Below, in pieces: positions 23,346 to 36,675 of a stretch of DNA of 49,069 nt. How positions within the stretch are numbered: the first letter of the stretch is position 1; every line of letters starts with the position of its first letter. The notes under the pieces are model-generated. The model made no database searches and was not told the DNA's origin. It saw nothing but the letters and a program-made list of their open reading frames with translations. Source of the stretch: Octopus bimaculoides (lineage: Eukaryota); NCBI RefSeq assembly GCF_001194135.2, contig NC_068984.1, positions 89,073,780-89,122,848 of the forward strand, written 5' to 3'. Position numbers and translations under genes: made by a program.

Positions 23346-23611
23346 AGGCACAGGAATGGCTGTGTGGTAAGAAGCTTGCTTCCAAACCACATCATTCTGA
23401 GTTCAGTCCCATTGCGTGGCACCTTGGGCAAATGTCTTCTACTGTAGCCTCGGGCTGACCAAAGCCTTGTGAGTGAATTTGGTTGACAGAAACTGAAAGA
23501 AGCCCATCATTACAAAGAATAAGTCCTGGGGTCGACCTTTTCGACTAAAGGCTGTGTTCCAGCATGACCACAGTCAAATGACTGAAACAAGTAAAAGAAT
23601 AAAAGAATAAA
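23346..23611 (+). mobile_element. SINE family A with internal deletion
   Basis: Head and tail present; the central microsatellite block is missing (gaagcccatc|attacaaag). Confidence 0.85.
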
Positions 23612-24149
23612 GGAGATAACTTGAGTGGACCAATGATGTGTTGAAAGGAGAATGTACTGAATAGGAACGACAAAAAATTCTCAATAAATTGAAATTTCTT
23701 TTAGATAGAAAATGAAGCAAAAACCTAGCCAAGCAAAATGTGTTCCTTGTTTGCAGATGGGAAAGAGGACAACTGTGTACCTGTTTCAATCTTATTTAAC
23801 CTCACCAGTAATATAGTCTACTCAACTCTGTGTTAACATTAGCTTTTACTAATAAAAAAAAAATGTTACAAAAATTTTTTGCATCCCCCATTTTGTACAT
23901 CACTCCTGACTGAGTAAATTGATAGCACAGAAAGTGCATATGAATATATATGATAAACTTCAAAACACTGTTTCATATTTCTCAGATAAACTCTTCTTGT
24001 ACTATACATAATTACTGAATGGTCAGGGAGTATTTTGTTCAGATAACTAATCTGATCATAAAGAAAGCCATACTGAACATAGATTCTTAAATAGAAAAAA
24101 AAAAAAAGAAACATGTTTACAGAGTTTTTATGTCATTCAACTGATAAAG

Positions 24150-24500
24150 TGTGGAGCTCTTGTGCTGTCTTTAATACCTTTTTCACTACAATCCAGACAC
24201 TGAAAAATCTTTTTTCTGTTTGTTTGTCAATGGTGTTTGATTTCTCTTCACGAAGATGATAATAGTAACAAACTTTATTTCTTGTAACAGATAGGTATTC
24301 TGGAAAAAGTCATTGAGTGAATGTAAAATACTTCTGATTTTGCCGTACCCTTAAATACTTCAGTATGTCAGTCATTTTCTTTGTTAGACCAATCATCACA
24401 TAGTATTTCTGACAACTGCAGACAGAAAGTGCAGTTGTCACAACAGTATCAGTAACAACTCTTTGATATAGTGTTTTTCCATGTTCTTCAGAAATTCAAA
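24150..24500 (-). pseudogene. Possible piggyBac-like transposase C-terminal remnant
   Basis: MIGLTKKMTDILKY ~ MGGVDKMDQLLxY; CLDCSEKGIK ~ cysteine-rich C-terminus; heavily decayed. Confidence 0.3.
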
Positions 24501-25167
24501 TTTATTTTAACCATTGTAAATAAATGACAAATTGGTAGAACTAGTATTGTTCGGGAGTTCAAACTATACACAGTATGGCCAATATGTTCTCGATTTAGTT
24601 AATTGATATTTGGATAACCATGGTTTTACTATATATGAACTTCTAAAGAGGGAAACTAAACTCTGCTGCACATTTTTGAAACAGCCATATAATTTGAAAG
24701 AAAAGAGTTAGAGAGAATTATTTTTCATTAGGAAAAACGCATTGACAAGCTCTAAACTTTTCTCAATGTAATGAACATTTATGTAAACATCATAGTTTAT
24801 GAATTGGATTATTAATTTATATTACAGAGGTTCACATTAATTCTTATTCTGAATAAAGAATACATTTTGCTTTATTTAAAAGTCACTTAAATCAGCTGTT
24901 TAACTTTGGTATAAAAGAATTAAATGTAATAACATTTAATTTTTTTTATGCCAATCTTTTGGGTTTCCTCTTGTAAACAGGATTTATTCAGATACCAAGA
25001 GAAGTATTTGTATTTATTAAGTGCATACTATAGTTGGTGTGTAGGTTTATTGTTTGTTAGTTAATATGTTATGTAACAAAAATGGTTAAGCACTACAATA
25101 GTGCCTCCCTACTTTATTCTTATGTTCCTTTACATTTGCAATTCTCACTAGCTTGACTCAATCAAAT

Positions 25168-25805
25168 AGGCTCAGGCATGGCTGTGTGGTGAGAAACTTG
25201 CTTGCCAACTAAATGGTTCGAGGGTTCAATCCCACTGTGTGGCACCTTGGGCAAGTGGCTTCTATTATAGCCTTGGGCTCACCAAAGTCTCATGAGTGGA
25301 TTTAGTAGATGGAAAGAGAAACAAGTTTGTCATGTATATGTGTGTGTGTGTTTGTCCCCACCACCATTACTGCTTGACAACTGGTGCTGGTTTACATCCC
25401 CATGACTTAGCAGTTTGGCAAAAGAGACCTATAGAATAAGTACCAAGCCTTATAAAGAAAGTAAATACTGGGGTCAGTACATTCAACTAAAAATTCTTTA
25501 AGGAAGTGCCCCAGCTTTGTACAGTCTAATAACAAGCAAGTAAAAGATAAAAGATATATGTGGTGGGGGAAGAGATTACTATCTCCATGCCTTGACATTG
25601 TGTAATAGTTGTAAATGAGTGTCACTGTCATGCAAGAAGTATCCTTTGTTACCAGATGTCCATGAAAACATGTCTAGTCTTGGGGAAATATTACCTTGCT
25701 GGAAAAGAGGGTGAGTGTTGGTGACAGGAAGGGCTTCAACAAATTCCATCTGACACTTGTGAGAATGGAAAAGTGGGTATTAAAACAATATTGATCATCA
25801 TTATG
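25168..25805 (+). mobile_element. SINE family A (25168-25553) followed by a short element with an RTE-like 3' end (25555-25805)
   Basis: SINE blocks, then ttggtgacaggaagggc ... atggaaaagtggg ... tail shared with the RTE 3' end. Confidence 0.75.
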
Positions 25806-25929
25806 AACATGATAATATTTGCATCCCACAAATTTGAGACTTTTGTTCTAAAGTGAGAATTTTGACTCTACCAACCAAAATTCAATCAGAGAGTGCTTTA
25901 CAAATTCAATACCTGATTCGCTTTGATCC

Positions 25930-27753
25930 TGTTAGGATGCTGTTAGCGCTCTACTGGCATGGGTGCCAGTCATCGAATTTGGTTCAGTTTCGATCTCACT
26001 TGCCCCAGCAGGTCTTCGCAGGCTGAGTTTAGTGTCCAATGAAGGAAGGTTGGCGTGGGTGCCAATCAATGAATTTGGTTCAATTTTCAATTTCGATTTC
26101 ACTTGCTTCAACAGTTCTTTGCAAGCAATGTTTTGTGTCCAAAGAAGGAAAGGCACGCATAAGTTGGCTGGCTACACCCCTGGTAAAGGCCACAGGTTAT
26201 GGTCTCACTTTTCTTGCCGGGTCTTCTCACGCACAGCATATTTCCAAAGGTCATTGCCTTGGTGAGGCCTAATGTTCAAAGGTCATGCTTCACCACCTCT
26301 TCCTGTGTCTACCTCTTCCACAGGTACCCTCAACCGCTAGGCTGTGGCACTTTTTCACACAGCTATCCTCGTCCATTCTCGCCAAATGACCATACCAGCG
26401 CAATCGTCTCTCTTGCACACCACAACTGATGCTTCTTAGGTCCAACTTTTCTCTCAAGGTACTTATACTCTGTCGAGTATGCACATTGACATTACATATC
26501 CATTGGAGCATACTGACTTCATTCCTTGTGAGCTTACGCATATCCTTAGCAGTCACGGCCTATGTTTCACTGCCATGTAGCATGGCTGTTCGTACACATG
26601 CGTCATACAGTCTGCCTTTTACTCTGAGCGAGAGGCTCTTTGTCACCAGCAGAGGTAAGAGCTCTCTGAACTTTGCCCAGGCTATTCTTATTCTAGCAGC
26701 TACACTTTCAGCGCACCCTCTCCCGCTACTGACCTGGTCACCTAGGTAACAGAAGCTATCAATTTCTTATAGTTTTTCTCCCTGGAATCTGACAGAAGTT
26801 GTTCTCTGCACATTTCCAGTGTTTATTGCTCCTGAGCATCTGCCACATGCAAAGACTATCTTGCTAGTTAGCCTTCCTTTGATATTGCTGCACCTCTTAT
26901 GTGTCCATAGCTTACACTGGGTACATCTTATAGAGTTTCTACCTACACCTTTTCTACAGATTGAGCAGGGCCAGCTATCTGAAGAGGTTTGTGGTTTGTC
27001 TACCTTTCTACTTAGGACTTTGGTTTTAGCTAGGCCCTTCGATTCTAATCCTTGCTTCCACACTTGAAACTTCACTAGTTCTGATAGTGACTCAGCAATT
27101 AGAGCAAGGTCATCAGTATAGAGGAACTCTCAAGGGCAACCTGTCTTGAATTCTTGTGTTATTGCCTGGAGGACTATGATAAATAGGAGGGGGCTGAGGA
27201 CTGAACCTTGGTGGACCCCTATCTCTACCCGGAATTCTTCACTGTACTCATTGCCAACCCTCACCTTACTGACAGCGTCTCTGTACATGGCTTGCACAGC
27301 TCTCACTAACCATTCTTCTATCCCTAGTTTCCTCATTGACCACCAGATGAGGGATCGGGGGATCCTGTCGAAGGCTTTCTCCATGTCAACAAAAGCCAGG
27401 TACAGAGGTTTATCCTTAGCTAGGTATTTCTCCTGAAGCTGTCTTACCAGAAATATAGCATCAGTGGTGCTTTTCCCTGGCATGAATGCAAACTGTATCT
27501 CATCTAAGCTGACTCTCTCCCTAATTAGTTGGGCTATGACTCTCTCAGTGACATTCATTACCTGGTCCAACAACTTGATACCTCTGTAATTGTTTGTGTC
27601 TAAAGCGTCACCTTTACCTTTGTAGCTGTTGACTATGGTGCTGCTACACCAGTCATTGGGTATGACTCCTACGTGTATCACCTGGTTAACTATATGGGTG
27701 ACTAGGCTATAGCCGATGCTGCCAGATATTTTGAGCATCTCTGCAGTGATTCC

Positions 27754-27754
<1 letters not shown>
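25930..27754 (-). mobile_element. RTE-clade LINE (type 1), 5'-truncated: RT, Cys/His finger, C-terminus and part of 3' UTR
   Basis: NYRGIKLL, FVDMEKAFDRIP, GVHQGSVLSPLLF, in-frame stop then YTDD (~27112-27123), CSICRKGVGRNSIRCTQCKLWTHKRC. Left boundary approximate. Confidence 0.93.
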
Positions 27755-27788
<34 letters not shown>

Positions 27789-27939
27789 AACATAGGGTAA
27801 AAATCATATATTAATTAATATTGATTTATTTGTGGTCTATTTCTAGTACATTAAATGTCCACTTTAGTGGTTAACGTTATATATATACTACTACTACTAC
27901 TACTTCATATATATATATATATATATATACATATTCTTT

Positions 27940-29052
27940 AGGCCTCCGTCAGTCATGGCTAACCATGAATGATGTCATCCGTCCATTGAGCTGTCTATTC
28001 AGTTTTTGCAACGCCTCCTGTGGCTGTAGAGACTGATGCGAGTGTGGCAGTCTCGTTTGCAGAGGTCACACCTATATGTTGAATCTGGTCTGTTGGCTGT
28101 CATTTCTTTTCTGCGGGCTCGGTTTTCAGCTGCTGCCACCATCAAATTCTCTTCGCCGGTCTGCAGTTGTTTGTGAAGAGTGCCTCTCCAGCTGGTCCGG
28201 TCGGATGCGAGATCCTCCCAGGAATTGGTGTTGATACCAAGTGCCTTCATATCCCTCCTGCACACGTCCTAACCTCAGCTTTGGGCGGCCAATGTTTCTC
28301 TGCCCTGCGACAAGCTCTCCGTAAAGGACATCCTTTGGGATCCGACCATCCTCCATACAGCGAACATGGCCAATCCAGCGCAGCCGACGNNNNNNNNNNT
28401 CTCCGTAAAGGACATCCTTTGGGATCCGACCATCCTCCATACAGCGAACATGGCCAATCCAGCGCAGCCGACGTTGTCTTAGTAAGGTGAGCATGGTGGG
28501 AAGGCCAGCTCAAGACAGAACATCAGTATGGGTTACTTTGTCTTGCCAGAGGATGCCGAGTATGCATCGGAGGCTTCTGAGGTGGAAGGTGTTGAGCCGT
28601 TTCTCCTGGCGGACGTACATGGTCCATGTCTCGCTGCCATATAGCAGGGTGCTGAGGACGCAAGCACTGCACACAGCCATTTTCGTTTTCACTGTTAGCT
28701 TGGGGTTTGTCCACACTCTTGGTGTGAGGCGAGCATATGTTGTGGCTGCCTTCCCGATCCTCTTATCTATCTCAGCACCTAGGGAGAGGTTGTCGCTGAT
28801 AGTGAAACCAAGGTACATGAACTGGTGGACAACCTTGAGCTCATAGTTGTCGATGGTGATGACAAGTGGTGCCGGCGTGTTTTGACCCATAACGTTTCTC
28901 TTCTTCAGACTGATAGTCATCCCGAAGTCTTTGCAGGCCTGAGCTAAGCAATCCATCAGCAGCTGCAGTTCCCTCTGAGTGTGAGTCGCAACTGCAGCAT
29001 CATCAACGAACAGCATGTCTCTAATGAGGACTTCACGGATCTTTGTCCTCGC
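27940..29052 (-). mobile_element. RTE-BovB-like LINE (type 2), 5'-truncated
   Basis: DMLFVDDAA (YADD-equivalent), YLGFTISDNL, LLYGSETW, RRLRWIGHV, C-terminal CDLCKRDC..H zinc finger. Confidence 0.9.
28390..28399. other. Assembly gap (10 N) with an unmerged 74-bp overlap
   Basis: 28316-28389 equals 28400-28473. Confidence 0.9.
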
Positions 29053-29094
29053 TTATATATATATATATAATGTTCATATATATATATATGTTTA

Positions 29095-29469
29095 NNNNNN
29101 NNNNNNNNNNNNNNNNNNNNNNNNNNNNNNNNNNNNNNNNNNNNNNNNNNNNNNNNNNNNNNNNNNNNNNNNNNNNNNNNNNNNNNNNNNNNNNNNNNNN
29201 NNNNNNNNNNNNNNNNNNNNNNNNNNNNNNNNNNNNNNNNNNNNNNNNNNNNNNNNNNNNNNNNNNNNNNNNNNNNNNNNNNNNNNNNNNNNNNNNNNNN
29301 NNNNNNNNNNNNNNNNNNNNNNNNNNNNNNNNNNNNNNNNNNNNNNNNNNNNNNNNNNNNNNNNNNNNNNNNNNNNNNNNNNNNNNNNNNNNNNNNNNNN
29401 NNNNNNNNNNNNNNNNNNNNNNNNNNNNNNNNNNNNNNNNNNNNNNNNNNNNNNNNNNNNNNNNNNNNT
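29095..29469. other. Assembly gap (375 N) within (TA)n
   Basis: N run flanked by TA repeats. Confidence 0.99.
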
Positions 29470-30344
29470 ATATATATATATATGTATATTTATATATATA
29501 TATATATATTTATATATGTGTATATTTATATATATATATATGTGTGTGTGTTCATATAATGATATCTACCAAATGTATTGGTAAGATAAAACATGCAATC
29601 GTTACCAAAATAGCAAAAATCTGTCCACAAAGGTCTATAATAAACTCCTTATGAATTGATCTTGGTTATATATTAAAATTTAAATAAGAGTTTTGACGCT
29701 AATATCCATATATATTAAAGTTTATTACCTATGTAAACATTTCTGTATAAGGTCAAATTCAACTCATCATCAGGGTAAAAAAGTAAATACCAAAAAAAAA
29801 TTTATAATCTCTAAGGCTGATCTACATCCAGAATTTCTCCATGATCAATAACTGTATATTACTCAATAGTAACTAAGTGTTCAAATATTGAACGCTATTT
29901 ATAAAATAAAAAACTTCAGTGTGACTGATAGATTAAGTTACAAAGAATATGTTCTGGGTTCGATTGGTTCAATGAAAGGCAGTGCTCTAGCATGGCTGGT
30001 GTCAAATTACTGAAACAAGTAAGGAAAAAGAATAAAGCAATACACATGTATTTTTCAACCACATTTACCCGAAGCATATGCTGCATGCACCCACTGATAA
30101 ACTGCTATTGGCATGGTGGAGAATACTCTCTCAAAGTGCTAGGTGTTAAAACACCTTAGTCTCACTGACAGGAAAGACATCTCCGTTTCAATCCCATCTA
30201 GGAATGATGGGCATCAATGTTTCGCCATTTTTCTGGCTTGTCAACATCATGTACCTGACAGGATCAGTGATGAACCACATCACTAGTCCATATATGCTCA
30301 AGGTGTACAGACCGTGTAGGTGTGCCCCAACAATGCATCTGTAA

Positions 30345-30840
30345 AATAAATTCAAATATGAAATAAAAGTAAGGCACATGACTCAGTGGTTAGAGCATCA
30401 AGCTTACGATCATTGTTGTGTTCTTGTTGTGCTCTTGAGGAAGACACTTCATTTTGTGTTGCTCCTGTTTTCTCATCTGAGTTGCAACATCACTGGTGCC
30501 AAGCTGTATCAGCCCTTGCCTTTCCCATGAGCATCTGCTGGTCTTCCATAAAGAAACTTGCCCAAACTTGTGCCTTGGAGGGGAACTTTCTAGATGCAAT
30601 CCCATAGTCATTCATGACCAAAAGGGTTTTATGAAATAAAAGCAGTAGTAGTGTAATAACTATTATCAACCACATATACCCAATGTACATACTTCGTGCA
30701 CCCAGCACTTTGAGAGGGTATTCTCCACCACACCAGTAGCAGCTTACCAGTGGATGCACAAAACATGTGCGCTGGGTATATGTGACTGATAATGTTTGTT
30801 ACACTACCGCTACTTTTATTTCATATTTGAATATATTTAT
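30345..30840. mobile_element. Palindromic MITE-like element (arms >=70 bp, ~50-bp core), left arm interrupted by a SINE; partial inverted copy at 30056-30148
   Basis: 30630-30700 pairs with 30752-30825; 30353-30371 pairs with 30811-30829. Confidence 0.65.
30372..30629 (+). mobile_element. tRNA-derived SINE (family C) with 15-bp TSD
   Basis: A-box-like tgactcagtggttagagc; TSD tatgaaataaaagta (30357-30371) / tatgaaataaaagca (30630-30644). Confidence 0.75.
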
Positions 30841-32835
30841 TTATTTTTAATAACACTGCACTCTCTAAATGTGGGAGGTAATCTCCATTTTGTGATTAAC
30901 CACTTAGCTCTCACTGATTAACTGCATCATTTCTACCATGGTTTGTAATACAGTTAAAGTTTTAACCACTATAAAATGAAGAAGCTGGATTAAATGTTTA
31001 ATTTATTATCAGTTTTATTGCTATCTTTATTTATCATTTACATGTAAAGCTTGAATTAGCTTTACACATTGAAGGTGGATTCAGTTTTTAATTGGTAAAT
31101 CTTATTTACGTTAATTTGGAAAATATATATTTTCAAGATAAAAAAGTATCAAAATTGCTTTTTGTATCCCTATGGTATTTCCTCTTGTCATTCATATTGA
31201 TGTATAATCATTTTATTTTAAGCAATAACAATTTCACATATTTTTGAACCCAAAATAAGTTATGACGCATTTCTATATTCTTATGTTTTATTTGGTGCAG
31301 CTAAGATCATCACATGTTATTTTAAAAAGCAAGTTTCAATTATGAGAGGAAATGTTGGCTTACTGATAAATTCCAATTTCTGATGGGAAAAAAATCTTTT
31401 GTATCAGCTATTTTTTAAGAATTGCAACATAAATTTAGAATAAACTATTTTTCATAAATAAATCTGTGCTAAAATAATACTCTTTCTACCAATCATGACA
31501 GCGAACTTGTTTGTGAGTGGTATATTGATTTAGCTATTTAGTTTAATTTTAAAATCTAGCTCTAGAAGCAACTTAATACCTGAATAAAATGCATTGTTGC
31601 ACTCCATTCAATGTTGTGGGTTTTGAAGAAGGATTGTTCCAAATTGACTGTCTGCTATGCTAAAATTTTAACCTGAAATACTGATGCATAATTTGTATTA
31701 TTCGCATAGTTAGACTTTACAGAAAACAACTGCCTTCAAAATAGGGGTGGGGAGATGTTTTTTAATAATTTAGCTGTCTGTTGGCTAATTTTGTGTAATA
31801 TTAGTTATTAGGAAAAAAGGTATAGCAAATTGTGTTGAATCATTTAATGTAGTAATTTTATGTTGACTCTGAGTTTTAAAGAAATACTGAAATTATCTGT
31901 AATCATAACAACATTTGATTGAGAAAATTGAAAACTATAGATGCTTCCAAACAAAACTGAACTGAAACTATTTTTTTATATTTTATCCTACCAATTTCAA
32001 AGCTCAAAAATAGTACTGACATTTTTTTTTTTTTTTTAGAGTCTATAGTTTTCTTTTTATAGACTTACATAATTAGCTCTAATATTTCATTTCCTTCTTT
32101 CAGCATTACATTATTGCTGAGTGTGTTTTTGTTAGGTTTTTAGACTTATAGGATTTCTTTTTTTGTACTGAAGCCATAAATAGTGAATTTGCTTGTACCA
32201 CTCTCTATTAATAGTATAGGAATTAAGTAACGTTTTTGAACTCCGCAAATCATTCAAAAACAACAAATCCTGTTCAATATCTGTTTTCCGGTTGACGTCA
32301 TGATACTGAAACCAAAACCTTGGGGTCTTGACTTTACAAGTATGATAGTTAATTTATAATTTTTAACTAACAACACATTTTGTGTTAAAATTCTTTTAAA
32401 AGAATGATGTTAATTAGAAAGATTGCTTGACTAATTGAATAATCACAAATCTGATAGGAGCTAATTAGTGCTGCTTGTTGAATATTGCTTTTTACCACTT
32501 ATAGAATAAATAGTTGAATTATTTACCTAATTAACTTTTAAATCATTGGCTAGCAAATTAGTTTCCATAAACAGATTGTTGCAGAAACTAAGTGGGAAAT
32601 GGTTACCAAGAAAAGCATTTTTAATCCCTGTCATGAAGAATAAAAATAGTAATATGAGCAGTTATTTTTTCACATCCATATTTCTATGCTTGCATGGATT
32701 AGATGGATATATTATTGAGACATTGTTTTACAGCCAGATGCCCTTCTTGTCATTACCTTAACCTGTTTTTAAAGTAAAGAATCTATTATTTGTTATGGTT
32801 TTGAATGCACAAAAGCAAGCAAGAACTACACACAT

Positions 32836-33338
32836 AGGCATGCCTGTGTACTTAGGAAGCTTGCTCCCCAACCACATGGTTTTGAGTTCAGTTCCACTGC
32901 ATGGCACCTTGGGCTAGTGTTGTCTACTATAGCCCTGGATCAACCTGAAAGAAGCCTGTCATAGACATACATACATACATATCTTTCCTCTTGTAGCTGT
33001 TTCAATCATTGGACTGCTGTCATGCTAGGGTACTGCCTCGAAGGGGCTTTAGTTAACTAATCAACCTCAGTACTTATTTTTCTGAAGTCTGGTATTTATT
33101 CTATCAGCCTCTTTTTTTGAACTGCCAAGTTACCAGTATGTAAACAAAACCAACATCAGTTGTCAAGCAGTGGTGGTGGAAACACACATACACAGGCACA
33201 CGCAAACGTTTCTGGCTACCAAATCTACTCTGAACCTGGAGCCATGCAGTCGGGAAGCAAACGTCTTACCACATAGCTATACCTACACAGACAGGCACAC
33301 ACACACACACACACAGACAGGCACGCCCCCGTGCGCGT

Positions 33339-33371
<33 letters not shown>

Positions 33372-33745
33372 ATTGTGAATTTGCATCACTGTCATACAAG
33401 TGATGTCCATTTTCAGTCTTTCATGTAAAACATGTCTGGTGACATGGAAAAATAGTATCTTGCTTGGAAACAAGTGTAAGTTGGTGACAGGACAGGCATC
33501 TGGCCGTAGAAAATTTGCCTCAACAAATTTCATCTGACTCCTGCAAACATGGAAAAGTGAAATAATTATGATAATGTATAAAATGTCTTTTCAGTTTCTG
33601 TCAACCAAATCCATTCACACAGTTTAGGTTGGCCCAAGGTTGTTGTAAAAGACATTTGCCTATGGTGCTGCTCAGTGGGGCTGAACCTGAAACCATGTGG
33701 TTGCAAAGAAAACTTCTTAACCATACAGCCTTGCCTACATTATAA
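32836..33745. mobile_element. Cluster of SINE A fragments in both orientations plus an RTE-tailed short element (~33370-33575)
   Basis: Plus head 32836-32965; minus copy ~32985-33285; minus 5' half ~33590-33740. Confidence 0.7.
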
Positions 33746-35121
33746 TGCTCTATAAATAACTTGCCAGTCATAAAAATGTTAACTAATTAGATTATATATT
33801 TAAGCATTCTGATGAATTTTTGTGAAAATTTGATTGGTTTTCCATTTACTCTTAATAAATTGCTAAATTTGTGACATAGTTCTTTCAGTTTTCTTGAAAT
33901 ATGTTTAGCTTCCTGTTTTTCTTTAAGAATAACCTCATCTTACAATGTAATAGAGATCTGAATGGTAATTATTAGAAAAAGATTTTTAATGACTCTGTTA
34001 CTAAATGTTACATTTTTACATGGATAATTTTCCATTAAAAAATATAATAATTGTGGCCAGTATAAAAGATTAATATCAGCATTTATATACCCTCAGTTGA
34101 AGGAGGGAGCCAGTCTACATTTTCAAGTTGTAACAGAATACAAAGACTGAAAGTCAGTATACATGTATAACATCTGAAATGAACATGAATGAGCAAGTTA
34201 TAAACTGTATCCTGGAGTAAGAACTTAACACTGGGATTCTAAAGTTACTTTTCTCCATTCAACCAGTTTAGATCAGTATACATTACATAAGTATAACATT
34301 GACATAAACTTATACAATGAATTAAGTTGGGTAAAATCTTAAGATTTTCCTGCATATACCCCTATTTTATTTATTTGTGTAAAAGGATCAATGGAACCTA
34401 CATGGGTTTTATAGATAATATCTATTTTTTTAATTTATCAACTCAAATATTAATCCTTTTTTTACCACATTGCTACAGAAGTACACTGCTTTTTTAATGA
34501 AGAATTTAGTAAAATTAATTCTATCACAATTAGTTGGTCATTCAAAACATAAGCTATCATGGAATTTTGCAGTCAGGTTTTACTTCAGATCATTTTGAAA
34601 AGGAGAAGTTTATATTATAGAACCATGGTCTTTCTCAGTTTAGTTGGTATCAAAAGGGCTAATACACACATTTTATGCATATATTTTATCAATCCAGAGA
34701 AATCTGTTGTAAATTGTGTTCTGTCAAAATTTGAGCTAGAAGTGTTAATACTATATTACATTTAATCTGGCACTCTGCTCTCTTTGCCATTGATTCTTCA
34801 AGTCACAAATAATTCTATGAGCATCATTTATATTCAAACTTTGAGAGAAATTTTAGATTTTTATCATTTGTGAGGCATCTCACTTTCTTACTTTAGATTG
34901 TTCATTGACTAAACAGTTTCTGTTCAAAGTATCAAAGCATGTTTCTTACCTTCTCTTTTTCATATCAGCAACAAGTTTTGCTTGTTTTTTACTAATGTTT
35001 ATTTTTGATTTTATCCTGAATTAATCCCCTTTTTTTTATCTCAGTGTAGTACAAACCATTTTTATGGTTGAGATACCTTTTTAAAATTATATGTTCAGCT
35101 TGTTCAGCACTGTATTCCATA

Positions 35122-35326
35122 TATTCTTTTCTACTCTATATATTCATTTCTACTCTAGGTACAAGGCCCGAAATTTTGGGGGAGGGGGCCAGTTGATTAG
35201 TATGCAACTGGTACTTAATTTATTGACCCTGAAAGGATGAAAGGCAAAGTTGACCACAGTGGAATTTGAACTCAGAACGTAAAGACAGACAAAATACCGC
35301 TAACATTTCTGCCAGTTCACTGCCTT
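35122..35326 (-). mobile_element. SINE family B
   Basis: Reverse-complement match to 3884-4080, with CpG decay and an internal deletion. Confidence 0.75.
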
Positions 35327-36675
35327 ACTGTACTCCATATATTACACAGTGCAAATGCATGCTTCATTACACACATATGCCTATGTTACTATTTCTCAAT
35401 AGTAATAATTATAACAACAGATACAAGGAAAGCTCTATGGACTTCCTCATGACCTCTCCACTTCTGACACTAATTTATAAATTAATTACTACTTGTTAGA
35501 ATTGAATTATATCTTCAATTATTTCCTGTAAAAGCTCATTGTATACATACAACAGGTGAGTTATATCTCCTGTGTTTTTACAATCTACTTAGACCATACT
35601 GAAAAGTTGTATATGGGTGGCTTGGGTTGAAGAAACTTAAAAACCTTTTTCATTTATTTCCTTTTTAACTAAACCACACCTAAAGGAAGAAATTACCACC
35701 ATCCTGTATTCTATAAACTGAAGGAAAAGAAAGGAAGAACTAAAAATCCTATATTAAGAATTTTTATAAGAAACTATTCCTTGGATAAAAATATCATGTA
35801 CTATAGCAGGTACCATGTATAGGCATTATGTGTTTGCCTATTGATACTCTTCCACTAATAATAGAATTGAAAGATGGTTCAATTTTTATATATACAAAAT
35901 CAGCATTGTAAAAACTTAAAATTAGTTTTTTAGAAAAATGCATTTCTACTCCCCTTTTTTTATACCTGAACTATGAAATGTGTTTGGTGATTTTCTTTTG
36001 TACTTTACCTTAAACAATAAGATTACTTTAGATATTGAGGAGATTCTATAACTAGTTGAGTTTAGACCTCAGTAAAACATTGTAATATAATACTGCAGAG
36101 ACTTCCTGTTGATCTTTACCTTAGGTTAACTCTATGTTAACCTAAAAAGAAAACCTCTATGTTATAACTTAACATGCTAGAAATAGCAACCAAATCTCCC
36201 TCAAATGACATGTGTATTCAGAATAATGTATCCTTGAATACAATATACCTTTAAAAACAAAAAGCTGGATGATCATGGCTCCAACTCCTTTGATTATAAG
36301 ATCGCTGAATCAGAACTGACCTAGAGCTAAACAAGTAGATGTATGTTTAAACTTGAACTACTACAGCCATGTAATGAAATGCATGATAAGTTTTATAAAT
36401 CATTAGATCAACAGGAGTTGGAGAAACTTTGAATACTTTTTCATACCATATGTATTAAGCAAATCAACTGAATAGGGCTTATATCCTTCTCCAATCTGAA
36501 TCTAAAGGCAGAGCTCATCTTAGAACTGTAAGCTGTTGAAATACTCATCAAATTTGTAATGCTGCTGCTGTTTCACTAGATTTTAATTCTCTGGAACAGT
36601 TTGGTCAAAGATGCAAAGCACTGATACATATTGTGTGCATGCAAGTATATATAAATATGTTTCTGTGTGTGTGTT

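Noticed and set aside
28316-28473. 74-bp tandem duplication in the BovB-like LINE
   Set aside because: Identical copies either side of a 10-N gap: unmerged contig overlap.
29015-29654. Long ORFs of 189 and 203 aa
   Set aside because: Open only because they span the N gap.
30150-30344. GPCR TM6/TM7-like plus-strand peptide (SPFFWLVNI..SVMNH)
   Set aside because: Motif spacing is wrong and there are no supporting splice sites; likely chance.
32286-32300. ETS plus CRE (tgacgtca) motif
   Set aside because: Single short motif with no promoter evidence.
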